Below are positions 30,345 to 39,872 of a stretch of 64,000 bases of DNA, in pieces. The stretch's first letter is position 1. Each line of letters opens with the position of its first letter. The stretch is from Synechococcus sp. (GTDB taxonomy: Bacteria; Cyanobacteriota; Cyanobacteriia; PCC-6307; Cyanobiaceae), in contig JBJBEO010000001.1 of the NCBI GenBank assembly GCA_047284725.1, forward strand, positions 1,496,203-1,560,202. The letters are read 5' to 3'. Both the position numbers and the translations under genes were made by a program. Under the pieces are notes generated by a model. That model was given only the letters and a program-made list of their open reading frames with translations. It did not search any database and was not told the DNA's origin.

Positions 30345-31001
30345 TCAAAACAAAGATCCCTGTTGCGTCCAGTGCTGATCAGCATCGCGCCGTCCATCTG
30401 TCGCCACTGCGTCATGCAACCATCCTTCACAGGACCAGGGCAACATCAATGGTTCAAGCGATCGCAGGGCATCGCCGTGGGCTGGCGCGAGCCAAGCCTG
30501 CTCCAGGCCGCTCGGAATGATCACAGGCATGCGTGGATGAAAGGGCTTGACCAAAGCATTGGGCGTCGTGGTGAGCACCGTGCAGGTTTCCAGCTCGCTG
30601 CCATCGGCACCCAACCATCGTTCCCAGACTCCGGCCAACCAAAAGACACTGCCATCACTGCGCTGAAAGCGACGACGCTTCTCGAAAAAAGCGGTAGCCG
30701 GAATCAAGCAGCGGCGATGCCGCCAAGCACCGCGAAAACTGGCCTTTTCGCCGACGGTTTCCGAACGGGCATTGATGGAGCGATGGGCCCTCACTGGATC
30801 CTTGACCCAGGCTGGCAGCAAGCCCCAGAGCATCAAGGCTGCCTTCAACTCCCCCTCCTCCTGAACCAACGCCAGCAGCGGCTCAGACGGGCGTACCCAT
30901 TCTCTGGGTCGGTAATACCTGCGATGGTCGGCAGGCAACAAGGCCCGCAACGGCTGAGGCAACGCGCCTGCCTCACAACTCAGCGAAAAACGACCACACA
31001 T
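30345..31001 (-). CDS. SOS response-associated peptidase (SRAP/YedK)
   Basis: MCGRF N-terminus, INARSET, RRCLIPA and HPRMPVI. Confidence 0.92.
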   Translation of the reverse strand: MCGRFSLSCEAGALPQPLRALLPADHRRYYRPREWVRPSEPLLALVQEEGELKAALMLWGLLPAWVKDPVRAHRSINARSETVGEKASFRGAWRHRRCLIPATAFFEKRRRFQRSDGSVFWLAGVWERWLGADGSELETCTVLTTTPNALVKPFHPRMPVIIPSGLEQAWLAPAHGDALRSLEPLMLPWSCEGWLHDAVATDGRRDADQHWTQQGSLF

Positions 31002-31064
31002 GCAACTTGCGACAGCGCACTCAAGGATGGCCGAACCAGGCACCACCGATCAATCGCCGATTCA

Positions 31065-31078
31065 GTAGCAACTGCTAC
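31065..31078. promoter_or_regulatory. NtcA-binding site
   Basis: GTAGCAACTGCTAC fits GTA-N8-TAC, 10 nt upstream of a -10 TATACT (31089-31094). Confidence 0.75.
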
Positions 31079-31101
31079 AGAAATGGGGTATACTACGAAG
31101 A

Positions 31102-31156
31102 CGTTGAGCCCTCTCAGGGCTGCAGTTCGTTCCACGCCAAGCAACGGGGGCGTGGG
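31102..31156 (+). promoter_or_regulatory. Glutamine-II (Downstream-peptide) riboswitch
   Basis: P1 CGTTG/CAACG, P2 GCCCT/AGGGC, and pseudoknot CCACGCC/GGCGTGG, directly before a DUF4278 gene. Confidence 0.8.
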
Positions 31157-31174
31157 CACTGTGGAGTTCAAGCC

Positions 31175-31351
31175 ATGAACACCCTCGAAATCACCCGCAA
31201 TCGCCTTCGTAAGCAGAGCGCTTTGAAGCAGGCCCAGCGCCTAATGGCAAAGGCCTATCGCGGTGTCGAATACATCGATGCTCATCACACGGCTCTGAAG
31301 CCAGAGAAAAAAACAGAGCTCCGCTACCGCGGCATCCGCTACAGCATCTGA
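31175..31351 (+). CDS. DUF4278 small basic protein
   Basis: AYRGVEY...LRYRGIRY repeats. Confidence 0.85.
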   Translation: MNTLEITRNRLRKQSALKQAQRLMAKAYRGVEYIDAHHTALKPEKKTELRYRGIRYSI

Positions 31352-31375
31352 GCCCAACTCACCCATCCATCAGAC

Positions 31376-31399
31376 GCCCCCATTACTGGGGGCTTTTTT
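31376..31399 (+). terminator. Intrinsic terminator
   Basis: GCCCCCA-TTAC-TGGGGGC-T6 after the DUF4278 gene. Confidence 0.8.
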
Positions 31400-31595
31400 G
31401 TGACCAACCCCGCTCAGCCTGTACGAACGCCCACCAAGCCAACGTCGCACTGAGTCCACCAAGCCAGTCGGAGCGAAGCAATTCAACAAGCGCGATGGTG
31501 CTGGCCGCAATCCTCAGCGCCGACAAACCGAATGGAGCCCATCGCTTCCAAGCCAGATCAGCGTCTTGACCGATGGAGCGTGATTCACCAGACAT
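31383..31595 (-). CDS. Small membrane protein
   Basis: Two hydrophobic segments. Confidence 0.55.
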   Translation of the reverse strand: MSGESRSIGQDADLAWKRWAPFGLSALRIAASTIALVELLRSDWLGGLSATLAWWAFVQAERGWSQKSPQ

Positions 31596-31915
31596 CAGCG
31601 GTCTGCATAAGCCAAGCACTCCGCCATCTCGAGCTCGCGCAAGTCTTCAGCAAGCATCAACAACGCCATTGCTCAAACACAGACTGCCACTGACGTCAGT
31701 ATCTCCATGGGACTGCAGCGTGCGTACTGCCTGCCAATGCTGCGCCCAGGTCAACCGCATTGAGGATGCCCAAATAATTCCTGCCTGCATGCAATGGGCG
31801 GACATCGAGGCTGCGGAAACATTTCGAAACACTGACACGATCCCTCCCCGGTGAGCATCGCTACACCGGCGGCTGTTCATCGGGATACCTTCCAGATCGA
31901 AGCATGGAGTCTGCG

Positions 31916-32143
31916 ATGACACCTGGAATTGAGCTCAGCACCGAACAGCGCTTCCACCTGGAACAAGCCAATCGCGCGCTCGATGCCACCAGCGACCCAG
32001 CCCAGCTCAGGCAACTCGCGCAACAACTTCTACAGGCATGGCAAGCTCAGAAAGCTGCAACGAACTGGATCATCCGCGAGCAGGGCCTGAGCCCGGGTGA
32101 CGCCAGCAAGAGGCTTCCGAACATCCATCAACCCAGCCCTTGA
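31916..32143 (+). CDS. NblA-like small helical protein
   Basis: ELSTEQRFHL resembles the NblA LSxEQxF motif and is followed by a second helix. Confidence 0.55.
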   Translation: MTPGIELSTEQRFHLEQANRALDATSDPAQLRQLAQQLLQAWQAQKAATNWIIREQGLSPGDASKRLPNIHQPSP

Positions 32144-32298
32144 GACCCCTCCGCAACTGACCGAGGAGCGCGGTGTCGCACTTCCATTTCGCGCACCATC
32201 TCCCCTGCAGCCCAGATACCTTGAACGTCTGTGCAATGAGAGGCACCATCGCAGACGCGATAGCGCCCATGCCCCAGGGCTTCGATGGATGATCCCAT
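32128..32298 (-). CDS. Small hypothetical protein
   Basis: MGSSIEALGHGRYRVCDGASHCTDVQG, co-oriented with the next gene. Confidence 0.5.
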   Translation of the reverse strand: MGSSIEALGHGRYRVCDGASHCTDVQGIWAAGEMVREMEVRHRAPRSVAEGSQGLG

Positions 32299-32361
32299 CG
32301 GCGTCGAAATCACCGATCGAGTCTGCACGAGTCTCATGCGTCTTGTGGCTTGTCTAACAGA

Positions 32362-32769
32362 TCAGAGCCCTTCGAAGCGAATGTTCAGATTGACCCGTTC
32401 TGGACCGAGAGCCGTTGCCTGGGTGACCAACACTGGGGTTTTGCCGGGCGCTGCCCCATCGACCTGCACACCATCAGGCAGCGCCCATGTGGCGGAGAAT
32501 CCCCAGGATCCCTGTGTTGTGCGGATCGGCTGTTCCTGATAACCGGCCTTCGTCAGCGATTGCTTCAGGGCACCAAACACCGACATGGGCGTCCCTTTGA
32601 TCTGACCATTCAGACCAGCCTGACCGAGGGCATTGGCGGTAAACAGTGGAGCAAGGCCAGCGGTCGATTCCGTGGGGAGACTGCTAAGCAGACGACCGGC
32701 AGGGTCCGCCAAGGCCGATGAGCTGAAGACCGTCGCCCCCAAAGCCAGAGCAATCACACAACCACGCAT
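32362..32769 (-). CDS. Secreted hypothetical protein
   Basis: Signal peptide ending SSALA and a C-terminal NLNIRFE. Confidence 0.65.
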   Translation of the reverse strand: MRGCVIALALGATVFSSSALADPAGRLLSSLPTESTAGLAPLFTANALGQAGLNGQIKGTPMSVFGALKQSLTKAGYQEQPIRTTQGSWGFSATWALPDGVQVDGAAPGKTPVLVTQATALGPERVNLNIRFEGL

Positions 32770-32875
32770 CAGTTCAGCCACAGATGTTCCGTTCCTAGTG
32801 GATGACACATACAAACGCAAGAAAGAAAACCCACCAGGGCTGTCTGGCTAGTGTTTTCTTAGAAATCATGGATTC

Positions 32876-33178
32876 ATGTTTCTTCTCAAATTCAGCTCGG
32901 AAGATTGCGGCACTTGTCACCGCATGAGCCATTACGACGCTGCCGTCGCCGAAGAACTGGGCTGTGAGTTCGTGTCGGTGATGCTGCAAGACACGGAGGT
33001 GTACCGCAGATACCGCAAGGTTTTACTCGCCCAGTATCCCAATAAGGAAGGCATGGGTTGGCCTACCTACCTCTTAGTGGATGAGCCGGAGGGGGCGTTC
33101 ACCATCCACGGGGAGCTCAAGGGGGGCATGCCCAAGGGTGATTTCAGAGCCAAGCTTCAGGCACTGCTCCCAGCCTGA
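32876..33178 (+). CDS. Thioredoxin-like protein
   Basis: CGTC active site and GWPT cis-Pro loop. Confidence 0.8.
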   Translation: MFLLKFSSEDCGTCHRMSHYDAAVAEELGCEFVSVMLQDTEVYRRYRKVLLAQYPNKEGMGWPTYLLVDEPEGAFTIHGELKGGMPKGDFRAKLQALLPA

Positions 33179-33200
33179 ACAGACCGCATCAACTGCTGAG

Positions 33201-33722
33201 TCAGTCTGAGCGACGATCCTCCACATCAAGAACGTCCCGCTCGAGAGGCAGGAGTTCATCATCGTCTGACGCACGGCTGCGTACCGGGGCGCCGAATCCT
33301 CGAGCGCGGGCATTGGATACTTCAAATGGGCCGGGGGTTCCAGACGGCACCGCCAGCCTCAAGGCAAAAGGATGGGTTCCAGGCTCGACATCACCAATGG
33401 AGCCAACCCTGGTGCGGTTTTGCAGGACAGGCTCCCCACTGGCATCAAGAATGCGTGCATAGACATCCGTGTCAAAAATGGACCGACGCCCGGAGTTTGT
33501 CACTTGCCCAGTCAAGACATAGCAACTGGCACCTGCCGTCCGGGTGACACCGGAACGGCGAGGGTCTGCATTCGGTCCGGGTTGTGCACCTGGATCGGCC
33601 TGATCACAAGGAGCCAGCTGCACAGAAACGAGGCGCAGATCGGCAGCCCCAGCCGTCTCCACAGGTAGAGCGATCAAGCAGACCAGCAGAGACAGAGCGC
33701 AACCGAAGAGCAGACGCAGCAT
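33201..33722 (-). CDS. Secreted hypothetical protein
   Basis: Signal peptide followed by a beta-rich domain (DVYARILDASGEPV). Confidence 0.7.
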   Translation of the reverse strand: MLRLLFGCALSLLVCLIALPVETAGAADLRLVSVQLAPCDQADPGAQPGPNADPRRSGVTRTAGASCYVLTGQVTNSGRRSIFDTDVYARILDASGEPVLQNRTRVGSIGDVEPGTHPFALRLAVPSGTPGPFEVSNARARGFGAPVRSRASDDDELLPLERDVLDVEDRRSD

Positions 33723-33763
33723 GGGACAACTCCTTGGACGCCAGGTGCACCATTCTGATCAGC

Positions 33764-33976
33764 TCACGAGCTGCGCAGCCGAGGTTCAACCGGCAAACAA
33801 CGTTCGCGGCGCTCCTCCTCAAAGGCCAGCTGGAGATCCACGCGAGTGATGCGATAGCCAAGTCTTCGGGCGGCCAGAACGAATTCATGGCGGGAGCGGC
33901 AGCACTTCATCGCTCTGCGAATCACGCCGTCACTCTCCACATCAATCACCAAACGCTCGAGCTCACGCCAGCTCAT
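33764..33976 (-). CDS. Nif11-like domain protein
   Basis: MSWRELERLV...AARRLGYRITRVDL fits the Nif11 pattern. Confidence 0.7.
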   Translation of the reverse strand: MSWRELERLVIDVESDGVIRRAMKCCRSRHEFVLAARRLGYRITRVDLQLAFEEERRERCLPVEPRLRSS

Positions 33977-34063
33977 CGACATCCAGGGTCTGGGCACTTC
34001 ACATTGCCGTGGGGAAGGAAGCTGCGCCAGCCCGTTCCCTTCTGGTCCTTCACAACTGCACGT

Positions 34064-34414
34064 TCAGAAGACAAGCATCAACAGCCAGACCACCAGGGCA
34101 GCGGATACCCCCACCAGGCCCAGCACCAGCACGATGGCGCCCACTCCGGTGGCCAGAAGCATCCTGGAAGTAATGCGGGGAAACAGCAGATAGAGCGTCA
34201 GCCCGAATGCCAGCGGCCAGAGGGGAGGAATCAGCAGGCAAAGCACCGTCAGCACAACAAGGCGAGTGCGGCGCGAGGCCTCCTGTTGTTTCAGAGCGAG
34301 GGCTTCCTGCTCAGCACGCTCTGCGACTTGCAACTCGTCCTCGCTCAACCACCGACCAAGCTGCTGAGCCCGTGCCAGGTCCCGTTCAATTGCGTTGCGA
34401 GTGGTGTCGCCCAT
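34064..34414 (-). CDS. Membrane hypothetical protein
   Basis: Coiled N-terminus, LIPPLWP, and three TM segments. Confidence 0.7.
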   Translation of the reverse strand: MGDTTRNAIERDLARAQQLGRWLSEDELQVAERAEQEALALKQQEASRRTRLVVLTVLCLLIPPLWPLAFGLTLYLLFPRITSRMLLATGVGAIVLVLGLVGVSAALVVWLLMLVF

Positions 34415-34551
34415 GACTCAATTTATGCACATTGAACCAGCCGAAGTCAGCAACTGTCCCCAAATGGGTGCTGACAGAAACTGAGTTCAACCAGCAATGT
34501 CATTGCAAACGAAGAGCGCCAGCACAACGCGTCCGCGCAGGGGTTTTGCCA

Positions 34552-34815
34552 ATGACACAACAATCAACCTTCACAACCCAAATGAGTCTCCAAGAGCTTA
34601 AGGAGAATCACAGCATCTACCTAAAAGCCTTGGCATTGCTCGTCAAAGACGGCGCAAGTCTCACTGAAACCCAGGATTCAGTGTGCTGGGAACGCCTTCA
34701 ACGCTTGAATCAAGCCATGCCAAGGCGGTTTCTCCATCCCGAAACCATCTACCAACACTTGGCTCCAACGTCACCAAACAAACGTCGACGCCGGAAATCG
34801 GCGAACCGCAACTGA
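34552..34815 (+). CDS. DUF3136-like protein (divergent)
   Basis: SLQELKENHSIYLKALALLVKDG...VCWERL...P. Confidence 0.7.
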   Translation: MTQQSTFTTQMSLQELKENHSIYLKALALLVKDGASLTETQDSVCWERLQRLNQAMPRRFLHPETIYQHLAPTSPNKRRRRKSANRN

Positions 34816-34922
34816 GCGAAACGCCACAAAACGAATAAATACAGGCAGAGGCAAGGTCCCAAGCTGCATATCAGCGAGGGACTTTACAATTGGGTCAAAA
34901 CCAGTCGAAACAGCCGGGGAAC

Positions 34923-35162
34923 TTAAGCCGACAACTTTGACTGCTGATCATTAATTTGCCTCCCATAGAGCACCACTAGATGATCGGGAGACTTATAATT
35001 GCGAGGCAAAGAATGGTGCAAAGTACTGAGTCTTTGCCAACAAAGGGTACGTTGCATTTGATCAATACTACGACCTTCTATCAATAACATACGCAAAGCT
35101 TTGCAATAGAGAGGATATTTTGCCTCCAGCTCATTAATTGTTATCGCTGGCTTAACCGACAT
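34923..35162 (-). CDS. DUF3136 protein
   Basis: TINELEAKYPLYCKALR...RTLCWQRL...YKSP. Confidence 0.82.
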   Translation of the reverse strand: MSVKPAITINELEAKYPLYCKALRMLLIEGRSIDQMQRTLCWQRLSTLHHSLPRNYKSPDHLVVLYGRQINDQQSKLSA

Positions 35163-35468
35163 GGACCCATACTCCGGAGAACGCAAGCAACTTTGGCCTG
35201 AATCAGCAGAATTTTTCTGCCCCCATTTGGGAACAATGCCGCTACAGCTTGGATTGCAGCGATCTTTCAAAGAAAGCGATCGCCTGAATCTTGGGCATAC
35301 CGGACTGGGTCTTTTGTCCGGCTCATCGCCCGCTCAAACCAGCCAGCCAGCCACCGGGGATTACTTTCATAACAACTACGCGCGTTAACCCCCAGCTGGA
35401 TCGGCGAGGTAGCAATGTGGATGAGAGCCAATGTTCAACCATGGGCTCGATCACCGGCCAAGTAGCGC

Positions 35469-36155
35469 ATGGATCTCACTCCCTACATCCAGGCTCAAGG
35501 CAGAGTTGATGATGAAGACCGTCTGCTATCGGTATCGATCACGGGCAAAGTCGCTCTGGCCATGAAGGGGCGATTTTTTCTGCGATGTTTCTGCGAAAAC
35601 CTCAGTGATCAAGCCAAGATTGGCTGCGCCGTCACCGACGAAGTCAGTTGCCTGGAATACCTCGATGAAGAACAGTTTGAACTTCTGATCTGCACCGATC
35701 AGCTTGAGGGTGGAAACGGGTTTGATCTCACCCAAAAAGCACGAGAACGGCATCCAGAACTGAAGGTGGTCGTGCTTGCTCTTGGCGACTCGATCCCTGT
35801 GGAACATGCCAATGCCCCGTGGCTAGATGCCGTTGTTGCAGAAGCCGACATCATTGAAGATCGCAAGCCGCTTGAGGCTGCCGTTCTGGCGGTGATGGGC
35901 AATCACCACTACCGAAGCGAGTCCCTGCGCTCCGGCCACCTGCCCTATCTGAGCTGCCCGCGACTCACACCCCGTGAATACGAAGTACTCGACCGTCTGG
36001 CTCAGGGGTTGACCGATCGAGAAATTGCTGAGCAACTGATCGTGTCCGAAGAAACATCCCGCACCTACACCAAGCGGCTGCTTAAAACACTGGGTGTGAA
36101 CAATCGAGTGCAAGCTGTGCTCAAAGGCATGCGCTGCGGAATGGTGCAGATCTGA
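35469..36155 (+). CDS. LuxR/NarL-family response regulator
   Basis: Atypical receiver domain plus an HTH (LTPREYEVL...GLTDREIA...LGVNNRVQAV). Confidence 0.88.
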   Translation: MDLTPYIQAQGRVDDEDRLLSVSITGKVALAMKGRFFLRCFCENLSDQAKIGCAVTDEVSCLEYLDEEQFELLICTDQLEGGNGFDLTQKARERHPELKVVVLALGDSIPVEHANAPWLDAVVAEADIIEDRKPLEAAVLAVMGNHHYRSESLRSGHLPYLSCPRLTPREYEVLDRLAQGLTDREIAEQLIVSEETSRTYTKRLLKTLGVNNRVQAVLKGMRCGMVQI

Positions 36156-36189
36156 GCTGAGCAGATCTGCGGACTAGTGATGGATCGCC

Positions 36190-37074
36190 TCACCCCAGTT
36201 CCAGGCAGGCGAGCGCAAAGACATCCTCCAAGGAATGCTCCGGAATCTTGCCCCTGTACATGCGCAGGGTGCGACCAACAGGCTCAAACCCGAGCTGAGT
36301 CATCAACTGAAGTGCCGATGGATTCCCGCCTGGGGTGTCAAGCAGTACCACCCCTTGATGACGGATGAGCAATTGCGTCATCAAGACCGCTGCCAACTGC
36401 GGTGAATCAGCCAACAGCGGACCGATGCGCCACCCCTCGCCAGCACGCAGCAGGCAAGGGCGAATCCTGCCAAACCCATGACAGCGCTGATCCGCGTCCA
36501 TCAGAGCGAGCACCGTGCCAGCGGGATGGCGCAACCAGTCGGAGAGAAAATGGGGGCGTGGGCTCAACTCACGCTGTGCGTCATAGATCTGAACAGCCAC
36601 CTCGGGCAGGGCATCACCATCCACCAACTGCAGTCCCTGGGGCACCGGACGCAACGGTTCATGCTCCGCGTCACTGCTTTGGGTGCGCTGCCATCGGGTC
36701 GTGGGGGACGCCGCCTGAAATCCCCAACTGGCGTAATCATCAATGCGGTCTTCAGCTGCCTCAAGACCAACGCAGGTCACATCGTCGAGATAAGCCAGGG
36801 CATGGCGCCAAAGTTCCTGGCCGTAGCCACGGCCCCGCTGATCGGATCGAACGATGTAAAGCCCGACAAAGCCGTAGGCCAGGTTGTAGCGAACGCCCGC
36901 GATGCAGCCGATGGGCTCACCACGCAGGCAGCCCACCCAGAGTCCCTGACGATCCGTTTGGCGATAGATCCCCACATCGCCTTTGCCAGGAGCAAAGCCT
37001 GCCTGCCGCGCCCACTCGGTGATCAGGGAAATATCGCCACGATCCAAGGGCCGGATCTTGAGAAAGGAGACCAT
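36190..37074 (-). CDS. GNAT acetyltransferase (two-domain)
   Basis: GLYIV...RGRGYG, WRIGPL and C-terminal LELG. Confidence 0.85.
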   Translation of the reverse strand: MVSFLKIRPLDRGDISLITEWARQAGFAPGKGDVGIYRQTDRQGLWVGCLRGEPIGCIAGVRYNLAYGFVGLYIVRSDQRGRGYGQELWRHALAYLDDVTCVGLEAAEDRIDDYASWGFQAASPTTRWQRTQSSDAEHEPLRPVPQGLQLVDGDALPEVAVQIYDAQRELSPRPHFLSDWLRHPAGTVLALMDADQRCHGFGRIRPCLLRAGEGWRIGPLLADSPQLAAVLMTQLLIRHQGVVLLDTPGGNPSALQLMTQLGFEPVGRTLRMYRGKIPEHSLEDVFALACLELG

Positions 37075-37228
37075 GTCAGCGTGAGGTGCCATCACGCCCA
37101 TGGCGCAATCGCTTCACCTCAGCGTGGAGACCAGCTCAGCCAAACGCAAGTGAATCGGGACGCCTCGTTTCAGCACTGATTAGTTCTGAGGCATTCGCTG
37201 CAGTGGACGGTCTGAACCAATGCCACTT

Positions 37229-37405
37229 TCAGGGACTGTCTTTGAAGATTCTTTCCAGTCGCCGTCGGAACTCTTTGCCGCTGAGGGGGTCGGCAAGCCG
37301 CTGACGGCGGTTACGACGCAACAACGAAGCAATCCACCAGACTTGGAGGGCAACGAAGAGAGCGCCTGTCACCAACAGACTGAGGGTGGCCGCGTTGAAG
37401 TCCAT
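37229..37405 (-). CDS. Small membrane protein
   Basis: One TM segment and a basic tail ending FRRRLERIF. Confidence 0.65.
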   Translation of the reverse strand: MDFNAATLSLLVTGALFVALQVWWIASLLRRNRRQRLADPLSGKEFRRRLERIFKDSP

Positions 37406-37474
37406 CAATCCCGAACGCGTATGCCCACACATGACCAGACGATCATGCAGGATGACCTGATTCGAAAGCGTCCT

Positions 37475-37633
37475 ATGAAAGAAGTCAGCGTCGTTGAAAT
37501 GCTGTTGCGCAGCATCGCCAAGGTGGCGGCGGGCTCAGGGATTGCGGCACTGCTGCTGTGGCTGACCTACGTGATGCTCGATGTGCAGCATATGAACTCG
37601 GGATTCACCTTGCCCCAAACGACCTACAATTGA
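37475..37633 (+). CDS. Small membrane protein
   Basis: IAALLLWLTYVMLDV..M.SGFTLP. Confidence 0.6.
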   Translation: MKEVSVVEMLLRSIAKVAAGSGIAALLLWLTYVMLDVQHMNSGFTLPQTTYN

Positions 37634-37741
37634 TGAAAATAACAATGGGTAAATCAATGTGATCGGCAAACCTCGATCCCATGGAATCCTGAGCAATTCT
37701 CCAGCACCACCCTTTGTCTGAGCCATCGGAGTGATGAGACA

Positions 37742-37903
37742 ATGCGTCTCTTTGACTGGTTGATGATCCTGGTGCTTGCAGGGGGAATCCTTATCTTTTT
37801 TTCGAGTCGTGATCCTTCAATCCTTTGGGGGATGGTTGGATTGCTAATCGCACTGATGTTGACGTTCATCGTGATGGTCAAGCTTGAAGAAAAGCAGCGC
37901 TAG
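37742..37903 (+). CDS. Small two-TM membrane protein (53 aa)
   Basis: Manual translation: MRLFDWLMILVLAGGILIFFSSRDPSILWGMVGLLIALMLTFIVMVKLEEKQR. Confidence 0.55.
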   Translation: MRLFDWLMILVLAGGILIFFSSRDPSILWGMVGLLIALMLTFIVMVKLEEKQR

Positions 37904-38333
37904 GCCTTCAAACTGGTCAATAAGTCCGAATTGGCAGCCTCTGCATCAGCCAGTCGTCACATCGATCAGCATGGCGTGCAATCCACCATGCGATGCAAGA
38001 GCAGGATTGACGCTCTTCACTGATTGCGCAAAGCCAAACCGAGATCAATGGCAGCATGGGCAGAAACCTGTTCAAGAAATCCAGGAAGCCAATAGGGCGG
38101 ACGGAACCCCCATCTCAATCAACCTCCCATCAACAAAAAACAAAGGAGTTGCGACTCAGACCATCCTATGCTTTTGATCGTTTCAGGCGCCGGGAATCTG
38201 ATTGTTCAGGTCATCTCAAGAAACACAGAGTCTCAACCGAGATCCGTGCATTGAGACATTGACAGAGTGAACAAGGAGTCCTTGCCGGCTCAGGCAATCG
38301 GCTGCTAAAGGTTGATGAGTCAGACAAAGATCC

Positions 38334-38564
38334 ATGTCGGAGCAAGGATTGATTGCCCTCGCAAAAGCGATCAAAGCCGATCCAGAATTCAAGGCACTCT
38401 GCGCAAGCGACAAATGCGCTGATGTCGACGACCAGTGCGACGTCGCCAAGCAGCGTGGGTTCGATGTGCACCCAAGCGACTTCGACACATTCAAAGGAGG
38501 ACTTCTTGTCGAAACGTCTGATGAGGACTTTTTCCTGAAGCCCAACTGGTGGGAACTTGCGTAG
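38334..38564 (+). CDS. Nif11-like leader peptide family protein
   Basis: MSEQGL.AL...IKADPEF...VAKQRGFDV...DF. Confidence 0.7.
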   Translation: MSEQGLIALAKAIKADPEFKALCASDKCADVDDQCDVAKQRGFDVHPSDFDTFKGGLLVETSDEDFFLKPNWWELA

Positions 38565-38742
38565 CACCAATCGCCATGAACGACGTGGCTGAACAGATCG
38601 AGCTTGACGCGTGACCAGCCCCTTCATTCAAAGCGGGCATTCTGAGCCAGAGAGCTGTCGCTGGGGCTCAGGCCATCTCCTTCGCATCCAAGACGACCCA
38701 ACAACCGGATACGCGAGTGCATGCAATCCCTGCACCAGCCTT

Positions 38743-39309
38743 CTAATTAAAAACCTTATCGCTGATACACCAACCCGAATTGGCGCCGCGCATATCGGGG
38801 CATTTTGAGCGCTTTTGTCGATACCAATCAATATCCACTGCAATAATTTCATTGGTCGTGAAATAGTTGCACTTCCCTTGAACGCAACCCCTTTCATAAA
38901 CCTCCAGATAAGGTCCATTCTTTTTTAAGAGAGTCTCAAGCGAATGGTCCCTGCCAGCAGCCACTTGAACAGAGTCGAGCCTATCTGCCTGGATTAACCT
39001 GCTTTTAAAACACCTTATCGGCTGCCCCTTTTGGCCGTAGTGATGAGGAACAAGCATTGACACACTATCAGAATTTCCTACATGAATACGCACGTCAGAG
39101 CCAGCAACGAAGGCCACACCCTTTTGGCTCGACAAGGATAAAGGCACAAATTTTGCCTTTTGCCACAACTCACAATTGTCAGTCAGCTCATCTTTTGTCT
39201 TGATCCTATTTCGACTACGATTTTCCCACAAATCAACAAGAACTGCAGCAACAGCAAGAAGCAAAAGAAAACCAAGGAAGCCTCGATGTCTTCGTACTAA
39301 TTTTTTCAT
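38743..39309 (-). CDS. Membrane-anchored hypothetical protein (AT-richer)
   Basis: N-terminal TM segment and six Cys; no recognised family. Confidence 0.65.
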   Translation of the reverse strand: MKKLVRRHRGFLGFLLLLAVAAVLVDLWENRSRNRIKTKDELTDNCELWQKAKFVPLSLSSQKGVAFVAGSDVRIHVGNSDSVSMLVPHHYGQKGQPIRCFKSRLIQADRLDSVQVAAGRDHSLETLLKKNGPYLEVYERGCVQGKCNYFTTNEIIAVDIDWYRQKRSKCPDMRGANSGWCISDKVFN

Positions 39310-39533
39310 TTCTGGAGGAATCAAAGCACAATGATTCAAAAGAACGATCGCAACGCAGCCAAAGGGAATCGCTTGCTTATCTTATTTGAGTTCCTCAAAG
39401 CCAGCTCAGGTCGCCGTTCCATGGCCTCCGTCGAATTGTGCCTTTGCGGTGGTGAACTGAACGCATGCAGCCCTTGGCGACACAAGCGTGTCAGACACTT
39501 GCCCCGGGTCCACACCGTGACGCAGCTGGTGAC

Positions 39534-39716
39534 TCAGTCCTTTTTCTTGAGCACGCATCCGGCCACGCCACACACCACCTCGTAGGCGTCTTCCGTGGTT
39601 TCAGCAATCACCCTCTTGGTGTAACCGCGTTTTGATTCCCCTGCTGAGCGAACAGGCAAGAATCCCGATAACTGCTCTTTGATCCGTCGAGCAGCCTCCT
39701 TCAAGCCTTGAGCCAT
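39534..39716 (-). CDS. Small conserved hypothetical protein
   Basis: C-terminal YEVVCGVAGCVL. Confidence 0.55.
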   Translation of the reverse strand: MAQGLKEAARRIKEQLSGFLPVRSAGESKRGYTKRVIAETTEDAYEVVCGVAGCVLKKKD

Positions 39717-39872
39717 TCACCCTCCCGGCACATGCACATCTCCACCTCAATCTCCTTCGGCGAGGCCTGGCAAGGCGAGTGAGCCCAGACCAACCGACAC
39801 AAAACAAGAAGGAATCTTCGCGAGCCTTAATGGTTATGACGAGACAGTCGTCTCACTTGCCATTGCCTGTTC

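Noticed and set aside
31620..31900. Cys-containing ORF 31573-31854
   Set aside because: It overlaps another ORF, has no convincing start or family, and could not be supported.
33764..38564. Prochlorosin/lanthipeptide cluster
   Set aside because: The two Nif11-like genes are about 4 kb apart, lack Cys-rich cores, and have no modifying enzyme or exporter nearby.
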